From positions 31,188,001-31,252,000 of the forward strand of contig NC_087436.1 in the NCBI RefSeq assembly GCF_036321535.1: a stretch of DNA of 64,000 nucleotides. The letters run 5' to 3'. Below are positions 36,700 through 49,429 of this stretch, one piece after another. The first letter of the stretch is position 1. Every line of letters begins with the position of its first letter. The DNA comes from Camelus dromedarius (Eukaryota). Made by a program: the position numbers and the translations under genes. The notes below the pieces were generated by a model. It saw nothing but the letters and a program-made list of their open reading frames with translations, was not told the origin of the DNA and did not search any database.

Positions 36700-37935
36700 C
36701 TATCTAAAATAAAGAAATATATAATGTGTCAAGTGATGGTAAATGCTATGACGTTAAGGTGGGTAGGACAGAAAGTGAAGAAAGCTTCTATTTTTTATGA
36801 GGTATTAATGAAAAGACCCTCAGATAAAGTAACATTGTGCCTTGTTAAAACATCTGGAGAAAGGGTGTCCCCAGCAAAAGAGCAGACCAAGCAAAGGGTC
36901 TGAAGTGGGAGCCGTCCTTTGAAGGACATTCAAGTGTTGAAAAAAGGCAAAGTCAATGTGGTTAGAGTACCTTTTTCCAAGAAGGAAAACTGAATGAGAT
37001 AAAGTCAGAAAGATAGACTGGGGACAGATCATGTAGGGCCTGAAGGCCAGGATAAGAACAGAGTGAGATGACAAACCATTGGAGGACTTTGTGAACAGAG
37101 ATAATAGGACCAGGCAAACTTTTGTAAAAATGACTCTGGTTGCTGTGCAGAAACAGGCTTTGTGGGACTAGGATAGAATCAAGGGACCAGTTAGCCTACT
37201 TTGCCTGGGGGTAGTTGGTGAGGAGTGGCTGAGTTCTAGACATATTTCACAATCAGAGCATTTAGGATTAGGATAGATGGAATGTGGGAAGTGAGAGCAA
37301 GAGAGGAGTCAAGAAATGACTTCAAGATGCTTGGATTAAGCAACTGGCAGAATGAATTGCATTTACTGAAATGAGAAAGACTTCTGGAGCAGATTTCAGA
37401 GGAAATTCAAAAGTTCCATTTTTGCTGTGTTGAATTTGAGATGTCTGATTAGCATCTAAGTGCAGACATCAAGTTGAAAACTGAATAGGTGAGTCTGGAG
37501 TTTGGGTTTGAGATCACGGTTAAACACATAAAACTGGGACTCACCAAGAAATAGATGCTTTGTAAAGCATCGGAGCGGTGGATTAAAATCCATGGATAAG
37601 GAAGAGTTGAAGACTGAGCCCTAGGGTCCCTCGACAGTTGATATTTGAGAAGTAAAGGTAAATCCAGCAAAAGAGTGAAGAGCACTGCGGTGTGAGGAAA
37701 ACGGAGAAAGGGGCCAAAGAGGAAAGTGTTTCCAGAAAGAAGAAAGGATGCCAGTGTCGATGTTTTTAAGTAAGATGTATGGGCCACTGGGTTTGGAACA
37801 AGCAGGCTAAAAGGCACTGATAAGAGCTGGTCCTGCTGAGTGGTGGAAACAAAAGCCTCATTGAAATGGGTTAACGGAACAACAGAAGTGGAGAAAAGTC
37901 GAGATTGCCATTTTGAGTTTTTCTCCAAGAGGAGC
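36700..37935 (-). mobile_element. Long L2 fragment
   Basis: agatcatgtagggcct; gagaggagtcaagaaatgacttcaag; tgttgaatttgagatgtctgattagcatctaagtgcagac. Confidence 0.85.
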
Positions 37936-38029
37936 AATAGAAATAAAATAGGGGCTGAATATGGGAGTCAAAGGAGTTTGTTTTGTTTTGTTTTGTTTTT
38001 TACTGAGAATATTACAGATAAAGATTATG

Positions 38030-40270
38030 ACTCCTAAACTTAAATCCAGTATTTCTCAAACTGATTCAATTATCTTTCCCACATAAACCTGTCCATCAAT
38101 ATGGGCAGCACTTGTGTGATTACGGGGGTTGGAAAATTGGCTCTGAACCCTGAAGTCTGCCTCTTTTTCAATATCCAATCATTCATTTATTTTACTCATT
38201 CATTCATTCAGGCAACACATTTTTACTGAGTAGCTGTAATATGGCAGGAATGGTACTAGGCTCTGAGGATACAGGCTTTAAAAAAGATACAGACAAGGTC
38301 CCTGTCCTCATCAAGTCTATAGTCTGGTGTGGAAAGTTAACACTGAACAAGAGCAGAGCTGGTTATGAAAGAGGAGCTTTGGGGCCCCCCTTGAGAAGGC
38401 CTGCAGAACGAGTCTGAACTGGCAAACAAAGGAGAGAGTGCAATGGGACCACTCCCAGTGACAAAGGAAAAAGCTGGTGGAAGCTGGTGGTGAAGCATTC
38501 AAAGTCAGAGAGAGCTTCACATATTAGGGGAACCAAAGAAAGTCCCACGCAACATGGACAAAAGACTGAAGTGCCAGCGCAAGAGGTGGGCTAAGACCAG
38601 TCAGGGGCACAATCCTAAAAGCCCTTATTAACCACATTAAGCATTTAGAGACTTCAGCGGAGAGAAATGCAAACAATTTTTATACTGGTTTTCTGGCAAA
38701 CTCTTTCCCAATTCAATCTCTTTACATATGTTTTTCCCTTCTGCCTGAAACACTGTTTCCCCAGTTTTCACAATTGATTTATTATTATCCTTAAGGTCTG
38801 TTTAAATATCACTTCCCGAACATCTTGTTTAACGCTAAACCCTCAATACTTTTATTCACAGCATACATTTCAAAATATCTAAAACAACTTATATATGACT
38901 TATTGTCATATTTGTTGTCAGCTTCTCCAGCTCAGCTGTAAACTCTGTGAAGTCGTGCATCTGTATGTTTGCTTCCTACCGTATCCTGAGCAGTTGGCAC
39001 ATAGTAGGAATTCAATAAATAAGTTTAAGTGTATGTGCATTTATTGGATATAGTCATAGAATAAGAAGAAAAAAAAATCAAAGATATTGCCAAACTTCCT
39101 AGCTTGAACAAGAAACTCAGAATATGGTGATGAAGAAGTAAGTTTTAAGAGAAAAAAAGTGATGTTAATTTTTAATATGGATTTGAAGATGCTAGAAGAA
39201 AAATGAGGGAGAACTGGGCTGGACACAGACTTAGGCATATAAATAAAAATAGCTAGCCACAAAAACAGATAAGCATGACCTGTGGATAAAACACAGAGAG
39301 TAAAAACAGGGTGGGGGGTGGGTAACCTAAACCAAATCAATATCTAAGGGGAAGAGAAGGCATGAAATGTCTGATAAATAGTGCTAATAATTAGGAGACA
39401 AACCAGGAAAATGTGATGTTGTGGAAAGACAGTGGTTCAAGTAGTAATAAATACTCAGTGGCAGATGCTTTAACTATCAAACAAAATAAAAGATGAAAGT
39501 GCCCATCGAACTTAGGGACGTGGAGGTCATCAGTAACCACCAGTGGGAGCAGTTTGTGTGGACAGAGGCAGATTGCTGCTGGTTGAGGAGGAAGTGAGTG
39601 GAGAGTGTAATCAATTCTTTGAGGTGACAATTGTTAAGAGTCTTGTGGGAAGAGTGGAAGGTCACTGGTTGGTGGATTGGTGAGGTTTGTTTTTTAGGAT
39701 TGGTGATAATAGATCACATGCAAATTCTGAGGGGAAAGAATTTGAGAAAGAGGAAGAGAGTGAAGATTCAGAATATTCAATGCCACAAGGTCCTCACAAT
39801 GGAGGGTATGGGGGCTGGAACAGTTAGGCATATGAGCCTAACACAGAAAAAGACGTACCTAAGCCACAGTAAAAAGAGAGGAAAGAGGAAAATAATTAGT
39901 CAATACGCAGGTGGGTTTGCAGGTCTGATGCTGGAGAGTGCAGGAGTTAGTACCTGATGTCTTCTACTTTGTCTGTGAAGTCAGTCAGCATAAATAATTG
40001 CCAACCTCTTTACCTCTTACCTGAACTGTTGTAAAAGTTCCCAAAGGCCTTCATGCCCCCGACTTGTCCTTCTGCAAATCAGTCCTCCTAATTGCTACTG
40101 AATTATCTGTAAAACTAGTCATTCTTCTGCCTCCTTCCTCTGCTTTATGTCTGTCTCTACTTTACGACATTGTACTGTTGACTACCTTTGTTTTGAGAGA
40201 CATCAGCTTATTAATTTTACCCTTCCTGGTGTCTAGTTGAGGCACCTGACACATACTAGTTGCAACTACA
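38030..40270. mobile_element. Cluster of L2 fragments in alternating orientation (+ ~38030-38170, - ~38176-38670, + ~38720-39025, - ~39040-39975, + ~40000-40270)
   Basis: L2 tail cattcattcattca; ggcacatagtaggaattcaataaat; ggagacaaaccaggaaaatgtgatgtt. Confidence 0.7.
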
Positions 40271-40949
40271 AATAATAGTAGGGGTTTCTTGGACACGTTA
40301 ACTCATATTGAGAAAATGTCACAAAATGTGTTTTGATTAACTGCTTAGCTTGATCAATAGTATGAGTAAGCCTACGTTCTGTTTTCTTTAAATCTTGTTC
40401 CAAATTATATTTGTCTTTATCATCTAGGAACTGCTTGCGAAAGTTATGCAGTTTTATTTTAATAAACTGGGAAGGTATTTTTTTAATATCTACTTATGTA
40501 GTAGATTATCTAGGTCAACCATGCCTGCTAAGGAGCTTTAAGATCATGTCTGTTACCCAGTGATAACACCGACATCTAGTGGTTATTAATCTGATTTTTG
40601 ATTATCTATTACATTCCTTCAAAGGGCAAAGCTGGTTTAAAAATGTTTAAGTACTGTATCAGCACTAGCTCATATGTCACAGGTATTGTTAGCCAAATTC
40701 AGAAATATACATTGAGGATATAGGATACTTTTTAAAGAAATTATCATCTGTAAAGAAAGATGAAACATGAATCTAGGAAGTGAACTGCTCAAGGTTCCTG
40801 ACTGAAGGTCCAACTCTGGTTCTCAGAGTGTTCCCTGTAGACTTGAGTTCTACAGGCCTCAGTAATATTACTCATGCACAACAGAGATGCTGTGATCAAA
40901 CAAACATCTAACTTTTCCACCTCTACACCTACTCCTTCATCCTTCTTCT

Positions 40950-41140
40950 CTCTTTCTTAAATCTCCACAGCACTTTGCACTAACTGACTTACATCTTAAC
41001 TTTACATATTTATTTGTTATTGTCTGTGTCCCCACCCAATTGTGAGCTTCACAGGGGAAAGGACTTTTCCATGTTTTTCTCCAAGAAAACTTGGCCTATA
41101 ATAAAAATTCAATGAAATATTTGTGATTGAGTGAAATAAA
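40950..41140 (+). mobile_element. L2 3' end
   Basis: ttattgtctgtgtccccacccaattgtgagcttcacaggggaaaggactt. Confidence 0.6.
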
Positions 41141-42354
41141 TTGGAGAAATACTGAATTAAACAAAATTATCTACTGTAGGAATTCTCAAGACCATTCATA
41201 TGCTAATGGCATTACTAATTCCAAAGAGAGGCATATCACATTTCTCAAATATCCTTCCTCCCTCCCATCGCCTCCCACCCTCTTCAAATACTACAGGATT
41301 TATGTTCTACTGAATATATCTTGGCAAAGGCTGGTCTGACTCACGGATCTAAGACTCTAATTCATTCACATTAAATTCTGTGGTTCTGGCCATACCCTGT
41401 GGTACTCGTATTTCAAATTAACACACCATGTAATTCTGAGGATACACTAAATTGAAAACACAGAGAACAAATTGCACCTTTGATACTGAGTCAAATAACA
41501 CAGAAAGGACATAAAACCTATTCCAGTGAATAGCCCAAGACTGACTATATTTAAATGATATTTATCTGAATTCCATCTCCTTCTGACCTCAAGGATTATA
41601 AAAATGGAAGTTTGAATTACGTGGGAAATAAAAATAAAAGAGTTTGTCATGTGGAGAAATTAAGGTTGCTTGGAAAAGCATGACAAAATAATTGTTCACA
41701 TTCATTAGGGAAAACACTGGCATGATATATATGAAAACAAGTCATTTCAAATGCTACTTATTTAAGGCAAGAAAAATCCTGTGTATTAACCTTTAGGGAT
41801 AAGCTTACAAAAATACACAATGAATGACTATGACCTCTTAGCATCTGAATCCAGTTTACTTCAACAAAGCCCTTTCTGTCTTGTTCCATTCTTATTTTAG
41901 TAGCTGCATCCAGAATGGAGAGGATCCATCCTGAAAACTGATTGCATGGTATTGTCATCACAGCATGCTTGCCACCTTTCATGGGGAGAACAGGTTGTTC
42001 ACATAAGCCATGCACAGTTTGTTAAATCCTTAGCAACATTGAGAAATGCAGCATAAAACTAAGGTGGTACCATCCATTACAAGACAGAACCAGAGTCTAC
42101 ACAGCCAAGTTAAATTGCCTGTCATATTTTCACATATTGAGTTGGTCATACAGACATTGCATTACTATTAAAATCACTATATATTTAGCAGGCAATTTCT
42201 TTAAAATAGAAATCATTTAAAAAAAAAACACGATTACAAAAAAAATAGCTGCAGGAACTTCTGAAATGTGTCTGCTCAATTGGCAAGAATCAATCATTAA
42301 CTTCTAGGCTTGATCTCAAAAATCTTCCCAGGAATCCCAGAAAGCTAGACTTAC

Positions 42355-42421
42355 CAAAAATAGTTCATCTCTTCCGTAGGAATCCTGTCTTCTATAACTG
42401 GGTGTGCGGCAGTGTGTTCTT
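42355..42421 (-). CDS. Candidate 67-nt internal exon (RTHCRTPSYRRQDSYGRDELFL); acceptor lies in the head of an antisense MIR
   Basis: gttctttctag|AAG...TTTTTG|gtaagt. Ends in phase 0 in the frame compatible with the next exon. A second frame is also open. Confidence 0.3.
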
Positions 42422-42640
42422 CTAGAAAGAACATGCTTTCAAGATTAGATTTAGGACACCTGTGTTGAAGTCCCAGGTCCGCTGCTAACTAGCTGCATGG
42501 CCTGCCCAGTTTCTGCAGCCTCCTTGACCTGTATCCTCATCTATAAAATGGGGGTTGTAATTTTGGCCCTACCTTCCTCACAGGGTTCTGAAATAATAGG
42601 TATAAAAACACTGTTTGAAACTGCAGATACTATTCAAAGT
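42405..42640 (+). mobile_element. Near full-length MIR SINE
   Basis: ggcagtgtg...gaaagaaca...ctaactagctg...tcctcatctataaaatggggg...cctcacagggtt. Confidence 0.8.
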
Positions 42641-43150
42641 TCTGTGGTGATGAGAGAATAGAAAGAAGAGAAAGCCTATTGTGAAGGAGAACACTAGATT
42701 GGCTGCGCTGGGATTATCTAAACAATCATACTGCCATTTGCCACTCCAAATTAATCACTGAGCAGTTTCCATCTCAACAGCAATTAGAGCTTTCCAATAA
42801 GAAGCTCCTATACTTCCTGGATAATTCCGAAGTACATTAAACAGGAAAATGCTAATAAATGTTTCTTAAGTTCTCCTGTGTCTCCAAACTCTCTAACACA
42901 CCTATTGGCCATATCAAGATGCTGGTTTAAAGACTATCAAATATGAAGCTGTTCAATAGTTTGCAACAATTGAAAAAGCTAATTAGTTACCTTGGGAAAA
43001 ATTTTCAGAAACAAAATGGTTACAATGTAAGCACATTTCAAGAACATCGTGAAATATTATTTTCCCCTGACCCACTCTCCCTTTACTCACCCTGCTCTTT
43101 AGCGGGGAGCCAGCCTCTTCTCCACCTAGCCCTCTCCCTTTTGCACTCAC

Positions 43151-43716
43151 CTTGAGTAAAAGAGACATTACACGTTTCCTACATTGCTGTGCACACAGAT
43201 CTAGTTTTTTCTCACTCTGCATCTGCAAGCTTTGTTAGATGGTGCCCCTCATCCTCAGCTTTCTACAGCATTTGTGGCTACATGGACTCGCATTTGTTAT
43301 CTTTTTCTATAACAACTTTCATGCTTGGCTCTCTGTCAGGAAGGAATGTTTTCTTTGAGCAGCTCCAAGTTGTCTTGAACTGCATGGCAATCTGCAGTTC
43401 TGTTTCCTACTGGCAAGTGTGCAATGTACCTGCTAAACATTGTCTCCTCTTCACAAAAGAAAACTGGTCAAGAGGAGAACCATTTGCTTAGCATTCTCCT
43501 GATTTTTCTACAGGATACTGAGTTCTGGGTGAGCATGACAGGATATGGGAATGAGGGCTGCAGGTGACAGTGAGCCACGAGAGACCTAGATCACAGGTGG
43601 CCCTGACAAGATTGCTCCTGGTGACTGTGCTTGTTGTCAGAAAGTGTCAGAAAGTCAGAAATTTGATGGAAGAATGGCAGTTCTGGGCAGTGATTTGGGG
43701 CTAAAGTGACCATCAT
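43151..43716 (-). pseudogene. Possible highly decayed TRIM-like (RING/B-box/coiled-coil) remnant
   Basis: Degenerate motifs in TRIM order: CQGHL*SRS...FPYPV; C*ANGSPL / FFCEEE; LPV...LELLKE; EDEGHHLTKL; SLLLK|gtgagt. Several frameshifts must be assumed and most Cys ligands are lost. Confidence 0.3.
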
Positions 43717-45185
43717 TAATTTTCATCATTGCTACAATATCACCAAATTAATAGCAATTTAAAAATCTGATATGGATATTGGACGTTTTCTTATCTTTCA
43801 TAAACTATAAATAAAGACATCCCTTTAAAATCTTTTCTACTATTGACAATGTAAGTAAAAAACAGTATGCTTGCTCTGTAAAAACAGCTTTGAAACTTTG
43901 AACAATTCCCCTAATCTCCTGCTCCTGAAAACACATTTCTGCCAAGTCCATTCTATGTATATTTCATTCTGGAGGTCCCTGTTGATACAGAACTAGCTGT
44001 ATCAGTGATCCTCATGCTTTGACCAAGAATGAGATCACCTTTCACTTTGTGTGATGTGAGAAAGGTCTCTGAGGTGTGATGCATGAAGGGAAGATGTGAC
44101 CCTACCTGCACTTGAAACCAAGGTAACAATTAGAAGAGCTATCAGGATGCCCTTCTCAGCTGTGGCTGTGCCAGCTCTCTGAAGTCCCAACATGAGTGGT
44201 GCAGATCAACCTCTGGGGCCCCCAGGTACCTTTCATATGAAAGAATAGAGTTCTTTCCCTAAAATATAGCAGTTGATGTATTAAAAGCTCAGTGAGTTTA
44301 GTCACTTTTTATCTTTCCCTTTAAATCTGAATGATTGTACTGAGCTTTTAAGGTCTGTGCCAGATAACTAGGGCATTTTAGTAATCTATTTTTAATATGT
44401 ACCAGCTTCTGTTCTTTTTAGTTCTGCCTTAAGACATACTTTTATCTCTACTGGTATGCAGAGATCATCAAAAAATATAAGTTCTCCATTACATGACAAC
44501 TCATAATGAGTCTTAATGAAGCTTGGGAACAGCTGTTTAAAAACTCCCGTTGAATAGCTTCCTAAGCAGCATTCACTTACGATAGCCTCTCTGCTGCAAC
44601 ATCGCCTGAATCTCAGAACTCACCATACATATAATGAGAAGGGTGAGAATGAAATCTTTCTCCAGTTTCATTAAGTATTTTATTTTAATCAGAATGTTAA
44701 TGCACAATTATGAATTAGTGTATTATGAACCATCAGCTCAATGCTTTTCACTCTTATAATTATATTCCTTCATGGAGCAGAAAAAAAGTAAATGTTACTC
44801 TACAAATTTTTAAAGAATTCATGTCCGTGAAAATGAGGGTGGGAGAGAGAACACAGAACAAAGTTACTTTTGAATTATATTGGAAACACATAGCAACTGC
44901 AAAATGTTGAAAATTAAGCTAAGCACAGTTGATTTCAAGTAAGATCCACCATCTGAAATTTAAAGGATTGTAACTTCACTGTATAGGTTAATACGTGTGA
45001 AGAACAACTAAAACAAACTTCCAACATGAACTTAATCTCATTCTTTTTTTCATGTACACTTTCAGATGGACTCATCCAGCTACCTTAATTTTTCTCCCTA
45101 CATGTCAGGAGCCTTAGAAGAAAAGTTAATAGTCATGATAGTTTCATCATCTTATTTACTCCCAAGGTCCTCATTGCTTCAAATA

Positions 45186-45998
45186 CAGTAGCCCCCCCTT
45201 GTCTGCAGGGGATATGTTCCAAGATCCCAACAGATGCCTGAAACAACAGAGAGTACCCAACACTATATATATATCATACTTTCTCCTAAACATACATAAA
45301 TATGATAGTTTACTTTATAAGTTAGGCATAGTATGAAATTTAAAAAATTGCTACTAATAAAATAGAACTATAAGAATATACTGTAATAAAAGTTACGTGA
45401 ATGTGGTCTCTCTCAAAATATCTTACTGTATAAATGTAATACCTTTTCCATCTTAACTAACCGCTTATGTACCATGACCTTAACTTTTGTAACTTGTGGT
45501 ATGATAAGCGAGCATGAATTTCTTTTTCCTTCTTCACAATTTCATGGATTGAAGATTTGTTCTTTCCATAGATCTTAGCAACCTCAGCCTACAATGTTTT
45601 CTCCTTCCTTACTGAGAACTTTCACGTTTTCACTTAAAGGAATGTAATCCATTCACATTTCAAGTAATTATTGATGGGCAGTCAGCATCACTATTCTTGC
45701 AGTTGGGAGCCATTACTAAGTGAAGAACAGGTTACTTGAACACAAGCACTGCAATATTGCTGTAAATCTGGTAACAGATATGCTGATAAGTGACTAACAG
45801 GAAGGATATGCTGGACAAAGGAATGATTCACATCCTGGGTGGGACATGAGATTTCATCCCGTTACTCAGAATGGCACACAGTTTACAACTTATAAGTTGT
45901 TTATTTCTGGAATTTTCCATTTCATATTTTCAGACCACAGATGATTGTGGTTAACCAAAAGCACAGAAAACAAAACCACAGATAAAAGACGGTTACTA
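45186..45998 (+). mobile_element. MER44-like TcMar-Tigger element
   Basis: TA|cagtagcccccccttgtctgcaggggatatgttccaaga at the left end and cacagataaaagacggttacta|TA at the right end. Confidence 0.85.
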
Positions 45999-47160
45999 TA
46001 GCCAGTTTTCACTGTATATGTTTTTTCTAAAAACCAAAAAAAAGTAAGTTTTACTTCAATTGACTTATTTCAGTTCAATTATGTCTTTAAACGAAACTAT
46101 TTTCTCTTGTCTTTGGTGGAGTAGAGTGTAATGATTTGCTTGATGTCAAGTACAGGAATAAACTGACACATTTTAATATAAGACACTAGTACAGCGTCTT
46201 ATACAGAGTAGGCACTGATGGTTTATTTGTTTATAGAACAAGTCTCTCTATCTCTGATCTTTAGAATATTCAAGTCATTCACATACTTCTTAACTATCCT
46301 TCTGGTCCCTTAAATCATTATGTGGAATTTAATTAACCAACCACACAGGGCTCTGATGTACTTGCCATGGTGTGCAACCGCATTAGCACTGTGTGCTTGT
46401 TATACATTTATGATGCAGTCTGATAAGAATTTATTGTTCATTTACTGTAATGAAAACTTACAGTTGAATTTCTATGATCTTTACAATTTTATTTTACTAT
46501 CTTTATTCCTGAAAGTTTTCTGGCAACATATTTCAAAATAAATAAGTAGTATGTTTATTAAAAAGACATTTTATTTTAAAACAGGGGGCTAATGTAGATG
46601 TTTTTCCCTTCTCTTTTGAGCAATCATACAAGCACAACTGTAAGAATAAAAAGTAGAAACCCTGTATCTACCTTTGATTTGACATTTGTAAGTTAAATCA
46701 TAATATACAACTGAAAGCTGCAAAATGTAGGAAAAATACAAAAAAAAAAAAAGTGTAGGAACAATCCCAGAGAATACACATATGGTTGCAGGTCTCAGAA
46801 AAAGCCATCAGAGTACTTATTCTCCAAAGCAAATGATACATACTTGTAAGCAACAGCAATAACCCTTTATTTGCATAAATGAAATTTGTATATGGTATAT
46901 GTGCTAGTAGTAAAATATTTTCTTGACCAAGTTTGGCCTTGTCTCTAAAAGCAGGCAATAGAATAGAGAGCTGAATGATAAAGCACACACATACACAGAG
47001 CCATACTTGAAGGAAGCAGACTGTTTCTGAGGCAAGCTAGAGGAGAGATTGGTGAGATCTTCTTTACAGTGCTGATCTCAATTTCTTGTACTAAATGAAG
47101 GCTAACAAACTCATTACCATGTTATTTTGTTTCATAATGAGAATTGTGGTCAGAATGAAA

Positions 47161-47387
47161 CAAGAATTGACAAACTTTCTCTATAAAGGATGAGATAATG
47201 AATATTTTAAGCTCTATGGGCCATGTATGGTCTCTGTAACAACCTCCTCTTCCTCTCCGTCCTCCTCCACCTCCTCTTCCTTCTTCCAATCCAATTAAAA
47301 ATATAAAATGCATTCTTATTCCACAGGCTGTACAGAACAAGGATATGGGCCATATTACAACTACAAGCTATAGTTTGCTGATCCCTG
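47161..47387 (+). mobile_element. MER58-like hAT element with an internal (CCT)-rich tract
   Basis: caaactttctctataaagg...aatattttaagct...tagtttgctgatccctg. Confidence 0.7.
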
Positions 47388-47449
47388 GACTAGAATAGGG
47401 ATCTGATATCTCTCTCACCCCACAAAAACAATTGTGTCAATATTTGGTC

Positions 47450-49380
47450 TAGAAGGAATTAATAATATCATCCAAAAAATGAATGATAAAATGACCCATA
47501 ACAGACATCTGTATAAAACTGTACTACCAAACTTAAAAAGGAAAAAGAAAGAACAATAGAAAACTGTATGCAAAAGAATCATTTTTTATGCATCAGATAA
47601 AAATACTGGAATGAATTTTGTAGAAATTCAATGAAGTAATCACATATATAAAACTGTCACAGCAAAGATACGAAAACCAACTATATGTAAGCTCTATGAG
47701 AGGATAAATTTTGTCTCCTTTCACACTGCTCTATCACTACCCCTAGAATTGTACCTGAAACATAGTAAGTGCTTCACATATATATTTGATTGAATACATG
47801 AATGACAAGACAACTTAAAGAGAAAAAAATGTAAGCTGGCACAATTTAGGAAAGGGGTATTTAAAAAACTAAGCTTATCACAGAAATGAAGGCCACTTTG
47901 AGAGCAGCATGAAGGATATTGTTAGACAATTGAGAAAACACAGTAAAGGACGTGGAAGGCAAAGACTTAAGAAAATAATTTTTTTTTAAAAGAACAACAA
48001 AAAATGACACATATAGAGAAAAAGAAAAAGACACATAACATTTGGATAGTTAGAGTCTCCAAAGAAAAAAATGTTAAGTGATAAACGGAACAAATATACA
48101 AAAATAAAATTCAGGAAACTTTCCTGAAAGGAAAGGAGATTTAAACTTACAGGTTCAAAGAGTAAACCATATCCTACCAAAAATAAAACAAATAATAAAG
48201 AATACTGACTTACAGATTTATTGGACACCAAAGATAAAGAAAGAATTCTTTGTACATCCATAATAAAAGATCAAGTCGCTTAAATCAGAAATAAGTAAGG
48301 CTGGTATCAGACTTCCTTCCATATGGCAACATCCAATGCTACAGTCTACTGGAGCAATTAAGTGTTAAAGGCAATCAGCAGAGTGTGGTCCAAGAATTTA
48401 ATTAGTATTCAGACTGTCATTCAAATATAAAAGTAATAAATACACAACACTAAATGTCCAATACCTCATGGAATGTAGTTCTCAAGATGCCTTCTTGAAG
48501 ACACTATTAAAAGACCAACTGCATCCAGATAAGGAGTAAGTGGAAGAACAATGGCAAAAGGACTGATGATGAGCACCAAGTCTGTGTAAATGTAAGGCTA
48601 AGATGAGAACAAATGGAGGGGTCCTTGTTACAGAAGCAAATGTAAATACTATAAATCCAGTATCGGGAAAAGTTATAAATTTAAAAACTGGAAGAAGAGA
48701 AAAGAAAGTAGAAGATAGTGTAAATGTACTGACTTCTTCATTTTACCTCCAGAGGTACAAAAGCTACACAACACATGTACAGAAATATTCAGTGCTGCAT
48801 TATCTATAATGCAAAATATTTGCAGTAACATAAATGAGCATCAGTAAGAAATTGGATAAATACTTGAAAGCATATCTATACAAGAGAATAATGTGTCCAT
48901 TTAAAGAATCAGGCTACCTTATAAACTGATAAGGACTAATTTCCAAGATACAATATTAAGTTAAACAAAGAGTAAGTTGTAGACCAGCATGTAGAGAATG
49001 CTGCCATGAAAGAAAGAAAGAAAGAGAAAAAGAGAGAGAGAGAAAGAAAGAAAAGAGAGAGAAAGAAAAAGAAAGAAGAGAAGAAAAGAGAGAAAGAAAG
49101 AGAGGAAGGGAGGGAGGGAAGAAAGAAGGAAGGAAGAAGCAGGGGTGGGAGGCAGGGAGGGGTGGAAAGGAAAATGAAAGAAGAAAGAAAAGTTGATAGA
49201 GTCTCTAGAAGGTTATGCATGAAGTTGGTGTCAGTGGCATGTCAGTCTATAACATAAATTGCCCTTGTAGGGGGGAATATGGGAAAAGGGGTTATAGGAA
49301 TTAAAGAAAGGTATGATTTTCAGTGTACAAATATTTATGTCTTTTGAAATTTGCACATTGTGCATCAATTATGTAACAAG
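47450..49380 (+). mobile_element. HAL1-like element (decayed ORF1 running directly into a 3' UTR), with an L2 piece at ~47685-47805
   Basis: ORF1-like motifs (aaagataaagaaagaattct; ggctggtatcagacttc; actgtcattcaaatataaa) followed by L1ME-type 3' sequence, with no ORF2. Confidence 0.6.
49008..49195 (+). repeat. GA-rich polypurine low-complexity tract
   Basis: Almost pure A/G for ~190 bp. Confidence 0.95.
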
Positions 49381-49429
49381 AAAAAATGAATTAAATAATT
49401 TTGTTGGTCAAATATCAGGCAAACATTAC

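Noticed and set aside
37449..37937. 162-aa ORF
   Set aside because: Lies wholly in a decayed L2 and is not a host gene.
40428..40474. Plus-strand 47-nt exon-like segment (catctag|GAACTG...GGAAG|gtattt)
   Set aside because: Isolated, with a weak donor and no consistent plus-strand exon chain.
46177..46203. Short inverted repeats (tataagac...gtcttata; also tattcaag...cttgaata near 16830-16860)
   Set aside because: 8-bp AT-rich stems are expected by chance and are too short for miRNA hairpins.
48936..49257. F/L/S-rich and K/E/R-rich ORFs (likewise 20104-20289 and 54823-55095)
   Set aside because: Translations of simple repeats.
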